From the IMG/VR virus record IMGVR_UViG_3300022555_000045, positions 1-64,000 of that record: a stretch of 64,000 nt of DNA, one strand, 5' to 3'. The DNA is from a virus (Duplodnaviria; Caudoviricetes). Shown here piece by piece: positions 28,799 through 37,982 of the stretch. Made by a program: the position numbers and the translations under genes. The notes under the pieces were generated by a model, which was not told the origin of the DNA, made no database searches, and was given only the letters and a program-made list of their open reading frames with translations. Each line of letters begins with the position of its first letter. Positions within the stretch are counted from its first letter, which is position 1.

Positions 28799-30163
28799 AT
28801 GCCAGTCTACGCTAATCATGCCAAGGAACTACTTTTTCTTAAAGCTAGGAAAGAAGGTAGGATAATTGTTAACAGGGACGGTACCGTCGATACGCCAGAT
28901 AAAAAGAATATAGGGCGTAAAGACAAAGACGGTTACGTTGTAATAACTTTAACAATTAACGGAGCTACTAAGAACATACGGCGCGGTCGTCTAGTTTATT
29001 TAGTCTATATTGACAAAAACCTTGATCCTGTTTTGCAAATTAACCATAAGAACGGGATCAAGGATGATGATTGTGTAGAAAACATTGAGTCTATGACTGC
29101 TAGAGATAATATCTTACACGCTCATAGGACAGGTTTAGCCGACAATCGTCGTGCTCATGATGTAACCGACGATGCTACAGCTGCTAAGATTAGGAAAGTT
29201 TACTCTTACGGTTTTGACACATACGAGTCGGTTGGTAAGAAGTTTGGTGTGTCCGCAGGAGTAGTTGGACCTATAATTAAAAATGAACACTATATTGATC
29301 CTAACTACGATCCCTCTATTACCGCTGATATACGTAGTGGACGCTCCTTTGTTGACGAACAAGAGATGTACGATATGTACATTTCTGGTAATTTCACCCA
29401 CGCCGAGATAGGCAAGAAGTTTGGTGTTAGCACCAGAATAACACAGCGTGTAATTAACGCTTTTAACGCTGCTAAAGAGTCTTTTAACACTTCATTTAAA
29501 CCTAACGACTTAGCTACGTGTAAGCATAATCGTAAGTTCACTGATGATGAGGTTCGTTACATTTTTAAACTTATAAATACTAATAGGTATACCGATAAAG
29601 AAATTGGTGCTATGGTAGGCGTGTCTCGTCAAACCATTGGTGACTTACGTCTACGCAATACGTATAAATACGTTGATCTGTCTATTGAACCTCCTCGTAC
29701 TATCGACTTGGTTAACCTAAAAAAGAAAATGTCAGCTACTAATATTGACAGGGATAAAGACGATCCCTTACCTGCGTGCCGAAAGTTCACTGACGACGAG
29801 ATATACGATATTCTTGATCTGTACGCTACTGGTAAGTATGCCCATAGGAAAATTGGTGCTCTATACGGAGTGTCGTGCCCTACTATCGGTGCTATACTTC
29901 GTGGACAGTCTTACGCGCACCTCGTTTCTAACTATGTGCCAGGTTCTAGAAAGACTACTAATTCAAAACTACCGGAAGTTTTAGCACTGTTTTCTATGCC
30001 TATTAAGCAAACTACCCCTGTTAAATCTGTAACGAAAACTGCAAACGTCACTAAAATCGAGTCCAAGAGTAATAGGCAAGTTAAGCCTATTAAGACGGCT
30101 AAATCTGCCAAGTCAAGTAAAAATCCAGGAAAGGTTCTTAAACTCAAGAATCTTTTCGGTTAG
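28799..30163 (+). CDS. HNH homing endonuclease with four C-terminal HTH repeats
   Basis: INHKNGIKDDDCVENIESMTARDNILHA plus repeated RKFTDDE...IG..YGVS..TI units. Confidence 0.8.
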   Translation: MPVYANHAKELLFLKARKEGRIIVNRDGTVDTPDKKNIGRKDKDGYVVITLTINGATKNIRRGRLVYLVYIDKNLDPVLQINHKNGIKDDDCVENIESMTARDNILHAHRTGLADNRRAHDVTDDATAAKIRKVYSYGFDTYESVGKKFGVSAGVVGPIIKNEHYIDPNYDPSITADIRSGRSFVDEQEMYDMYISGNFTHAEIGKKFGVSTRITQRVINAFNAAKESFNTSFKPNDLATCKHNRKFTDDEVRYIFKLINTNRYTDKEIGAMVGVSRQTIGDLRLRNTYKYVDLSIEPPRTIDLVNLKKKMSATNIDRDKDDPLPACRKFTDDEIYDILDLYATGKYAHRKIGALYGVSCPTIGAILRGQSYAHLVSNYVPGSRKTTNSKLPEVLALFSMPIKQTTPVKSVTKTANVTKIESKSNRQVKPIKTAKSAKSSKNPGKVLKLKNLFG

Positions 30164-30201
30164 AAAATTTTAGCACTAATAACAGGAAAATTTTTTGGGT
30201 T

Positions 30202-30213
30202 AATCTTAATTTT
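30202..30213 (+). promoter_or_regulatory. AATCTTAATTTT motif
   Basis: Intergenic, upstream of the omegaRNA/IscB locus. Confidence 0.5.
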
Positions 30214-30363
30214 GAGTAATCCAGTTTTCTAAAAGTTATTTCGTGTTTTAAGATTTTCTAAAACCCTACGTAAATTCTACCACTAAGTTGTCCTAGTTAC
30301 CCTACTAAACACAGCACAATAACCCACTCTCATCAAGATGATTTATAATCAAAAATTGGAATC

Positions 30364-30374
30364 ATCTTAATTTT
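30364..30374 (+). promoter_or_regulatory. ATCTTAATTTT motif just upstream of the omegaRNA
   Basis: 27 nt before the predicted scaffold start. Confidence 0.5.
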
Positions 30375-30401
30375 GATAATAGAGTTCCTAAGGAGTCTTT
30401 A

Positions 30402-30660
30402 GGATCCTCCGACTCCACCCGATAGGTTAGTAAGTCCTTTCCTTGAGGTATGAGGGGATCAGACCACGTGAATGAAAGATTCCGTAGACGATACTGAAGA
30501 ATATATAGGCACCGTAGGTTGTCGCCTCAGACCTACGCTCTGCGGTTGGGGACTAAACAGTCGTATAAGGTGTTAAGGACAGTGAACCCAGCTCAAAACC
30601 TTCGGATATCAGGTCGAGAGGAAGACCAAAACCAAGGACAACTTGGCGGAGGCACAACAG
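30402..30660 (+). ncRNA. IscB-associated omegaRNA scaffold (boundaries approximate)
   Basis: 5' stem GATCC...GGATCAGACC, then TATAGGCACCGTAGG...CCTACGCTCTGCGG...TAAACAG...CAGTG...AAACCTT..., the block order I recall for IscB omegaRNAs; directly upstream of iscB. Confidence 0.75.
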
Positions 30661-30726
30661 TTGACACACTGCTAGGCTTCGTTTCTTGTAGCCTATACAA
30701 AGTGTCGCCCTAAGAAAGTTATTACC

Positions 30727-32025
30727 ATGGCTGAAGTCAAAGAATCTAAACCAAAGAAACCACCTGTTATCGTTTTCGTGTTAAATGTGAACGGTAAACC
30801 TCTGATGCCTTGCAAATCCCAAACTGCTAGACATCTCCTGAAAGACGGTAAAGCTAAAGTTGTTTCCAAGTTACCTTTCACTATCAAACTGCTACAACCT
30901 ACCACTAACTATACCCAGCCTATCTCTGCTGCTTTGATAGTAAATTCTACTGCGGTTAAGACCGCAGCAGTTAGAATCGATTCTGAAGAGTCTACTCCGA
31001 TTCCTCTCTATGTTTCTGTAACTGTTCTCCGTAATGACATTTCTGGTAAACTAGAGCAACGAGGTAACTATCGTAGAACGCGGCGCTCTAGGAAGACACG
31101 TTATCGCGAACAACGGTCTAACAACCGAGCTAATTCCTGTAAGAATGGTAAGATACCGCCTTCCATTAGGTCTAAACTAGAATCTATTGAGCGTATAAAG
31201 AAGAAGATTAACCGTCTACTTCCTAACGTTCAGTGGAAAGAGCAGCTTTCCTCCTTCTCCAAGAAACGGTTAGAGAACCCTAAGTCTAAAAACTGGAAGA
31301 CCGCTAACGATAATAATTCTGACTGGCTTAACATTAAAGGTGCAGTGTTAGCTAGAGACAGTTACCGTTGTCAGATGGTAAAAGGCGGCAAGCATTCTCA
31401 CGAGCTTCACGTTCACCACAAGATTCCTAGGTCAGACGGCGGTACTAATGAGTTAGATAACCTTATTACTGCTTGTAAGGATCACCACGTAGCCTATCAT
31501 AAAGGTAAGTTGAAGTACAACGGTACTAGAGTTTCTACTAAACGTACGACCCATATGGATATAATACGGTCTCAGAGAATTAAGAAAGGTTGTAAACAAA
31601 CCTTCGGTTACCTTACCAAAAAGAAGAGGATTAAGTGGGAAGTAGAAGGTGCTGATCACGACGCCATCCTAGCTGCTTGTGGCTTGAAGAATCATAAGCC
31701 TGAACTGAACTATGTTACCTATCAGGAACGTCATGTTGCTCACGGGGATTATCAACAGACGTGGGGTAAACACTCAGAGAAGGTGTATCAAACAGGAAAA
31801 TTGTTTGACTTACGGAAGTTTGATCTAGTTAGAATAATGTATAAAGGCAATCTCTTAACTGGCTTTGTTAAAGGCAAGCGCGCTACAGGTTATTTTGATA
31901 TAATGGGAATAGACAATAAGACTATTCTTACTAAAGAGGGTAGAAAACTTAGCGGAGTTAATGTTAAAAAATACAGCGTTAGGTTACAAGCTAGGTCAAC
32001 TACTTTGATTCAACCATTAGCATAA
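30727..32025 (+). CDS. iscB: IscB (RRXRR/PLMP) RNA-guided nuclease; RuvC appears inactivated, HNH retained
   Basis: KPLMP, PFTIKL, Arg-rich bridge helix, HVHHKIPRSDGGTNELDNLITACKDHH. The RuvC-I position reads AALIVNS instead of LGIDxG. Confidence 0.9.
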   Translation: MAEVKESKPKKPPVIVFVLNVNGKPLMPCKSQTARHLLKDGKAKVVSKLPFTIKLLQPTTNYTQPISAALIVNSTAVKTAAVRIDSEESTPIPLYVSVTVLRNDISGKLEQRGNYRRTRRSRKTRYREQRSNNRANSCKNGKIPPSIRSKLESIERIKKKINRLLPNVQWKEQLSSFSKKRLENPKSKNWKTANDNNSDWLNIKGAVLARDSYRCQMVKGGKHSHELHVHHKIPRSDGGTNELDNLITACKDHHVAYHKGKLKYNGTRVSTKRTTHMDIIRSQRIKKGCKQTFGYLTKKKRIKWEVEGADHDAILAACGLKNHKPELNYVTYQERHVAHGDYQQTWGKHSEKVYQTGKLFDLRKFDLVRIMYKGNLLTGFVKGKRATGYFDIMGIDNKTILTKEGRKLSGVNVKKYSVRLQARSTTLIQPLA

Positions 32026-32081
32026 GAAAGGGTCGCTTTATTCTTCACTAAAAGTGTTGAAGTATATAGCGATAAACATTA

Positions 32082-34040
32082 ATGAAGTTTGAAACCACTG
32101 CTGCCATTCTGGCATCTGCTGACAGGCCGGTGCTAGCAGGGCATGACAAGGGGCAACTCCGTAGCGTTACGCTTGCCCTTTTACATTGCTCTGATTGTGA
32201 TACTAACATCCTTACAAACTACTCTCTACATGCAGGTTGTGTAGCTTGTGGAAGTACTTTAATTCCGTCAGAATCGATTGTCCAGAAAGATACCGCTGGC
32301 AATCCACTTACTGATAAAGACGGTGATACAGTAATTGCTACCATCGACGTTGATAAGTCGGCTTTAGCTAACTTAGAAATCGTCGCTACTTGCACAGAGT
32401 GTGATACTACTTTCCGTAGCGATGCAGTATTTGCGTCGTCCCTTTCTAACGAGCAGATTTATTGCCCAGTATGCTCTTCAGTTTTGGAGATCGCTGCTGA
32501 AGCTACTCCTGATGCCACCCCAGAAGCAGCACCTGCTGAAGAAGAGGCTCCCGCAGAACCTTTGAACGACAACGCAGGTGATGAACCTTCTACTGCTATG
32601 ACTGATGATGACGTTAAGGCTGACGGTCAGTTGATTACTTCTAACGCTAAGCACACTAAAGAGCATCACGATAAGCACAAGCCTGAACACAAGGCTGAAG
32701 AGCCAAGTGAAAAGAAGCCTGATCATAAAGCCGAGCACGAGGAAAAGAAGCCGGAACACAAGCCAGAAGATAAGAAGGTTGAAAAGACTGAAGAAGTTAA
32801 AGCAACCTCTGAAACCCCAGTTGTTGAAGACGAAGGTCTGAAAGACACTGGCGCTACTGGACCCAAGGTTGTTAAGATTACAGCCAACGAACTTCTTGAA
32901 GCCCCGAAGGCTGCCGAGCACAAGCACGATGAAAAGTGTGAAGGTAAAGGATGCAAAGACGTGACCGCTGCTGAAGATGCACCCAAAGCTGACGAGACTA
33001 AAGCAGAAGACACCAAGACTGACGCTAAAGGTGATGAAGGTTCTGAAGAGCATCACAAGAAGCACCACGACAAGCACAAAGAGCATGCTAAACACGAACA
33101 TAAAGAGCATGCTAAACACGAACATAAAGAGCATGCTAAACACGAGCACAAGAAGCACGCTGAAAAGACTGACGACGAGTCTGCGGAAGCCACTAAGAAG
33201 ACAGACGAAGCTCCCAAGGCTGAAGAGACCAAGGAAGTTAAGGCTATTCTTGAGGTTGACGCTTCGGTAATGTTGCTTGGTGGTAATGCTACTAGCTACA
33301 ACTTTGTTATGTCAAGTGCTGATAAACCCACTTGGTTCTTGTTTGCTGACAATCGTCCAGTTGCTTGGTCAGATAAGACTGCCGTATCTGCTAACTTAGC
33401 TAAGCATTATGACAGTCAAGCTTTTGGTAAAGCGTTTGCTGCCGCTGCTGCAGACGGTATTACTCCCGAGCTTATTAAGGAATTTGGTCTAGCTGCTTCA
33501 ACAATTCGGTTTGAAACCGACGAAGTTACCGCTTGTGCTATTAAGACTGCGGTAGAAGCTAAGACTAAAGAACTTAATGATCGGTTAGTACAGGTTAAGT
33601 CATCTTTTGAACAGGCTGTTGGTATTGCTGCCGTTGGTGTTAACAAGAACTTCTTTGCAGACGCTCCAAATACTCTGCGTAAGGCTCTTGTTAGTGTTCT
33701 TAGTAGCATTAACGTCAATCATCCTGAACACCTAGTTGATTCAGTACTTGCTCAGCACGGTCAGGATTATCTGAAGGCTATTATTGCTAAGGCAATGGAC
33801 CTACAGACTAAATCACCTGATATGCTTAATGAATACGCTAATTTAGTTGAGTCAGCACCGTACACTTCTGGCGTTGTTTCTACTCCGTCCAGTGCTGGTG
33901 AACGTCATGCTAACGAATTAGCCGCTGGTAGCATGCCTCTTTCAGTCTCTGCCTCTCTGATGGAAGACAAGCCCGTTGCTCCACAGGACAATATTCGTCG
34001 GTTGTTCAAGGACATTGGCCGTACCCCTCGTCGTATTTAA
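32082..34040 (+). CDS. probable capsid scaffold / major internal head protein
   Basis: Between protease and capsid genes; four N-terminal CxxC motifs, long E/K/H-rich low-complexity middle, helical C-terminus. Confidence 0.65.
   Translation: MKFETTAAILASADRPVLAGHDKGQLRSVTLALLHCSDCDTNILTNYSLHAGCVACGSTLIPSESIVQKDTAGNPLTDKDGDTVIATIDVDKSALANLEIVATCTECDTTFRSDAVFASSLSNEQIYCPVCSSVLEIAAEATPDATPEAAPAEEEAPAEPLNDNAGDEPSTAMTDDDVKADGQLITSNAKHTKEHHDKHKPEHKAEEPSEKKPDHKAEHEEKKPEHKPEDKKVEKTEEVKATSETPVVEDEGLKDTGATGPKVVKITANELLEAPKAAEHKHDEKCEGKGCKDVTAAEDAPKADETKAEDTKTDAKGDEGSEEHHKKHHDKHKEHAKHEHKEHAKHEHKEHAKHEHKKHAEKTDDESAEATKKTDEAPKAEETKEVKAILEVDASVMLLGGNATSYNFVMSSADKPTWFLFADNRPVAWSDKTAVSANLAKHYDSQAFGKAFAAAAADGITPELIKEFGLAASTIRFETDEVTACAIKTAVEAKTKELNDRLVQVKSSFEQAVGIAAVGVNKNFFADAPNTLRKALVSVLSSINVNHPEHLVDSVLAQHGQDYLKAIIAKAMDLQTKSPDMLNEYANLVESAPYTSGVVSTPSSAGERHANELAAGSMPLSVSASLMEDKPVAPQDNIRRLFKDIGRTPRRI
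33078..33149 (+). repeat. 3 x 24-nt in-frame tandem repeat (KEHAKHEH)
   Basis: AAAGAGCATGCTAAACACGAACAT twice plus one variant. Confidence 0.95.
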
Positions 34041-34125
34041 TACCCGGTTGGCTTCCAACCACTGATTAGTAATCAACGCCTCTGGGGTTTTTAAAGAAAA
34101 CAACCCCGAATTAGGAGACCTTTAG

Positions 34126-34830
34126 ATGTTTGATTTTGCACGTACTCGTATCGAAGCCAGCCGTGAGATCCCTACTTCTCCTCTTTATCAGATCACTTCT
34201 GAAGGCTTGGCCCTGGTTTCTGACCTGTACAATGGTCGTGGTGTAGTTCGTCCGTCATCTGGAACTAACGCCAACGAAATCTTTGCCGGTTTCTCACTGG
34301 CTCAGAACATTGCCGGTACCGCCGCCATTCAGGTTGAAGACCTGCTTGTTCCTGCTAACGCTCCTTACACTGTTGCTCTGCAGCAGTCGCCGGACGCCGC
34401 TGCTAACACTCTCGTCAAGACTTCAGGTACTGGGGTTCTTACCTACAACGTAGCCGTTGGCGCTGGTCAGTTCAATCTGGTCAACAACGTTGTTACTTTC
34501 AACGCCGCTCAGGCTGGTCAGTCAGTTAAGGTTGTTTATCGTTATAACCTTTCAGCCCTCGCTGCTGAAATGCTGTATGGCGATCAGCCGATTGGTAAGA
34601 CTGCCGCTTCTATTCTCAATTCAGTTTCTGTTATTACTAAGGGTGTTGTTTTCACTGACAATTACAACACTTCTGACGATTATTCTACTGCAGTTGATGG
34701 TTCAGTTCCGGTCATCGCTGGAGCCAACGGACAGATTCAGCTTGGTGGGACAGGCGCTCGGGTCACCGGTCGTATCGTTCACGTTCCTACTGCTGACGTT
34801 CCTTTCCTTGGCGTTTACATTAACGTCTAA
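34126..34830 (+). CDS. probable capsid decoration/stabilising protein
   Basis: Beta-rich 234 aa directly upstream of the MCP, strong AGGAG RBS. Confidence 0.6.
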   Translation: MFDFARTRIEASREIPTSPLYQITSEGLALVSDLYNGRGVVRPSSGTNANEIFAGFSLAQNIAGTAAIQVEDLLVPANAPYTVALQQSPDAAANTLVKTSGTGVLTYNVAVGAGQFNLVNNVVTFNAAQAGQSVKVVYRYNLSALAAEMLYGDQPIGKTAASILNSVSVITKGVVFTDNYNTSDDYSTAVDGSVPVIAGANGQIQLGGTGARVTGRIVHVPTADVPFLGVYINV

Positions 34831-34928
34831 CAGGCGTTCGCTGTGCTATAACAGCAATGTCTAACCGTTGTTTTTACAACAGTACACCATCTCAATCTAT
34901 AGACAACAGGTTTTAAGAGGATTATACA

Positions 34929-36026
34929 ATGACCGGATTTAATCTATCTCTGCGTAGTCAGAAGGGGCGTAACGCTGCTGCCGTTCCTGGTGTTCATTTT
35001 AAGCGCCCTGGTTCTAAAGAACGTCTCGTCGGTGCTAACGGTGAAATCAACGCCTCCAGCCGTACAGACCTTATTGTTCAGCTTGCTGCTCTTATTGATT
35101 CTAATAACCAAGGCATGATTGATGAAGGTGCTGGTGAAGTAACAGCTTCTGCTAAAGAGCGGAACGAAGTTCTTTCAGCAGCTTTCGCTGATAAGTCTGG
35201 TAGCCGTTGGTCCGAGATCGGTGCTGGTATGGCCGGTACCCTTTCTGAAGCCGCCGACCGTGACGGTTTCATGCGTAAGATCCTTATTAAGGAAGAAGTC
35301 GCACAGGGTAACGTTCCCCGTATCCGCGTTCGTCGTAAGCGGGTCACTGCTATTATATCAGCCGGTAACGGTAGTATTTACCCGACCATCGCTCGTGACG
35401 ATTACTACTATCCGCCAGAATTCACCATTTCTGCTAACGTTCGCGTTGAAAAGCGTGAACTGAATCAGGGGTCAGGTGACATTCTTGCTGACAAGTACCA
35501 GGAAGCCGCTGAGCAGGTACTCAAGACTGAGGATTTACGCTTAAAAGAATTGCTTGATGCCACCGTTGGTATTGCTAACCCGCTCGTCGCACTTGTTGGT
35601 GGTTTGACTGTTAGTACTTTTACCCACATGCGCCAGCAGATTTCCGCTTATAATTTGCCAGTAAGCAAGTGCCTTTTTAGTAGCTCATATTGGAACGATT
35701 TGATCTCTTCTTCATCATTCGGTTCTTACTATGATCCAGTTACTAAGTATGAACTTCTTCAGACAGGTTACCTCGGTAACATTCTTGGCGTAGACTTGAT
35801 CAGCGATGCTTATAGGCACCCAAATCTTCGCGTTTTAGGCCAATCGGACTTCTACATGTTGGGCGACGGCGCGAATCTCGGGGCATATTGTGATCGAGGA
35901 CCGATTGAGTCAGTGGAGGTATCTGAGGCTACTTTGGGTTCCAATTCACGTGGTTTCTTCTTAAGTGAGGATCTGGCTATGTTACTATTTAATGCCAGGG
36001 CCGTTGTTCGTGCCGTTCGAGCCTAA
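34929..36026 (+). CDS. major capsid protein
   Basis: 365 aa with HK97-like features (GFMRKIL, YPPEF.I.AN..V, YELLQTGYLGNILGV) at the end of the protease-scaffold-decoration run. Confidence 0.8.
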   Translation: MTGFNLSLRSQKGRNAAAVPGVHFKRPGSKERLVGANGEINASSRTDLIVQLAALIDSNNQGMIDEGAGEVTASAKERNEVLSAAFADKSGSRWSEIGAGMAGTLSEAADRDGFMRKILIKEEVAQGNVPRIRVRRKRVTAIISAGNGSIYPTIARDDYYYPPEFTISANVRVEKRELNQGSGDILADKYQEAAEQVLKTEDLRLKELLDATVGIANPLVALVGGLTVSTFTHMRQQISAYNLPVSKCLFSSSYWNDLISSSSFGSYYDPVTKYELLQTGYLGNILGVDLISDAYRHPNLRVLGQSDFYMLGDGANLGAYCDRGPIESVEVSEATLGSNSRGFFLSEDLAMLLFNARAVVRAVRA

Positions 36027-36141
36027 TTCGCTAGTGATTGAGCCTGTTTGCTAGATTCTGTAGTAATCTGTTTCCTCTCAAGGTTGTATAACTGCTTAAC
36101 CTTTGGTTGCAAACTTTCTTCACCAAGGTCTAAGATTTTTG

Positions 36142-36170
36142 TTGACTTCAGAATTACCTTGTGGTATACT
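36142..36170 (+). promoter_or_regulatory. sigma70-type promoter
   Basis: TTGACT-N17-TATACT with TG extension, upstream of 36218. Confidence 0.75.
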
Positions 36171-36217
36171 CTAGTTAACGCTTAAATTAGACCTTGGTTT
36201 AGAGAAAGGTTAAGAAA

Positions 36218-37615
36218 GTGGCACGCGATTCCTCGGTTAAGAATTCTAAGTTCCCGTATAGCGACTCCTACTTAGCTAAGAATAATCTTACTAGAAACTC
36301 TTCTGGTTACTTAATAGACGCTTCTACTGGAAGAATAGCTAAGAAAACCACTAAACTATTTAAGTACGAACTGCATCAAAATTTTGGTAATGACTACCTC
36401 CTAAAGGGAGAATATTTAGGATCGAAAGTAGTTCATACGTTCACGCATTCTTGTGGCCTAGACTTTCAAGCTAAAGCTAACCTATTGTTATTAGGCCGTG
36501 CTAAGTGCCCGTGTAGCACACAATTACATGTACACACTTTCGAAACTCACTCTAAACAAATTTTAGAGCTTTGGGGTGGAAAATACCTTTTAAACATTTT
36601 TAATGGTGGAGATAAGTACACTAATAACTATAAGCATAACCCAGAAGTTGGTGGGTGTGGCGGTGACTTTGATGCTTATTTTGGTACAATGGCTTATAGA
36701 AAGGTGTGTCCTAAGTGTCCTTGTTGCGATACTATGATTGGGCGTACTGTAACTTGTGAAATAGCTAACGATCGCCTTAGCCAACAGACTAATGACTTCT
36801 ACTTTGTAGAAGAGTCTTACGTTAACATCCATACACCTTGTAAAATAATACATAAAGGGTGTAATAAACCTTTCGTTAGAAATCCTAGCGAGTTTTTAAG
36901 GTACAAACACAAGTTTTGTCCAGGTTGTCATGGAGAACACGGCACGGATAGGATGTTTCTTGAGGAAGACCTAGTCAGGCAACGAGTAAAAGACAAAGAC
37001 TCTGACTGGGATTTAGTATCTGGAACGTTTAATGGTATAAACAGGAACGCTACTTTTGTTCATAAGTGTGGCAATACTATAACTCGTCGTCCAGCAGGAT
37101 TTTTTAAGAATCCTGTATACTGTATAACTTGTGACGGGGGTAAAGGTCCAGGTGCTAAACACATCATGACCTATGAAGGTGTTGACTATTTATACCAAGG
37201 GTTTGAAGATCAAACCCGCTTGGAACTTTTCAAGAAATACAAACCGTCATCTATTATTTCTGGACATGAACTTGGAAAACGGTTAACTGTAAACTATATG
37301 TTTAAAGGTGAGACGTTAACTTACTTTCCTGACTTTCATGTTTGGCGTGCTAACCTTGTAGTAGAAAGTAAGTGCTTAGCTACATTAGGTATTGTAGATA
37401 AAAACCATTTGTTTGGTGGTCATGACTTGTATAGTAAAAATCAAGCTAAGGCTGCCGAAACATTAAGGTTAGGTTACAAGTACGAATTTCACCTCTATGA
37501 TGAAGTTAGTAGGTTACGTCTTTGGTCTCTACCTAACAATTGGTATAAATTACCAATTCTAGAGTTGGCAAAAATACTGGTACTAGATATCAACATGTCT
37601 ACTTACTTTAAGTGA
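36218..37615 (+). CDS. putative homing endonuclease: Zn-ribbon repeats plus C-terminal PD-(D/E)xK domain
   Basis: Repeated H.CG...CP.C units; YFPDF...LVVESK. Confidence 0.75.
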   Translation: MARDSSVKNSKFPYSDSYLAKNNLTRNSSGYLIDASTGRIAKKTTKLFKYELHQNFGNDYLLKGEYLGSKVVHTFTHSCGLDFQAKANLLLLGRAKCPCSTQLHVHTFETHSKQILELWGGKYLLNIFNGGDKYTNNYKHNPEVGGCGGDFDAYFGTMAYRKVCPKCPCCDTMIGRTVTCEIANDRLSQQTNDFYFVEESYVNIHTPCKIIHKGCNKPFVRNPSEFLRYKHKFCPGCHGEHGTDRMFLEEDLVRQRVKDKDSDWDLVSGTFNGINRNATFVHKCGNTITRRPAGFFKNPVYCITCDGGKGPGAKHIMTYEGVDYLYQGFEDQTRLELFKKYKPSSIISGHELGKRLTVNYMFKGETLTYFPDFHVWRANLVVESKCLATLGIVDKNHLFGGHDLYSKNQAKAAETLRLGYKYEFHLYDEVSRLRLWSLPNNWYKLPILELAKILVLDINMSTYFK

Positions 37616-37639
37616 AAACTTAACAAACTGATTGATACT

Positions 37640-37867
37640 TTGGACCCTGTTAAGTTACCTCCTTTGACTGAGACGCAAAAGTTATTTCAGTCTATCAGGA
37701 AGGAAGTTTTACGTGGTACAAACATACGAGTCAAAAATCTCTATAACTTAATCAGTGAATCTGTAGGCTGGAATTTTGACCCGATTACTAACCTAATGAT
37801 AATAACTACTTTAGACCCTAGAACAAAACACCCTATAGAGCACTTAGTAGAGTTTGTTAAAGACTAG
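37640..37867 (+). CDS. hypothetical protein
   Basis: 75-aa ORF, TTG start. Confidence 0.5.
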   Translation: MDPVKLPPLTETQKLFQSIRKEVLRGTNIRVKNLYNLISESVGWNFDPITNLMIITTLDPRTKHPIEHLVEFVKD

Positions 37868-37982
37868 AGTTCTTAACCGAGGAATCGTGTGTCATCTCAA
37901 CTTGCAACCTTGAGAGACCCAGGCTTAAAACCCATCCTAACCACACCATAAGATACCCGCCGAGAGTAAGGAGTTTTAATAA

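Noticed and set aside
30519-30905. ORFs 30519..30713 (+) and 30693..30905 (-)
   Set aside because: They overlap the omegaRNA and iscB and lack protein-like features; likely spurious.
32478-33718. Long antisense ORFs inside the scaffold gene, including the hydrophobic repeat ORF 32478..33158
   Set aside because: They are mirror images of the E/K/H-rich sense codons, not independent genes.
37880-37950. tRNA-like element (stem around CTTGCAA, ending CACCA)
   Set aside because: No acceptor stem or T-loop consensus could be formed.
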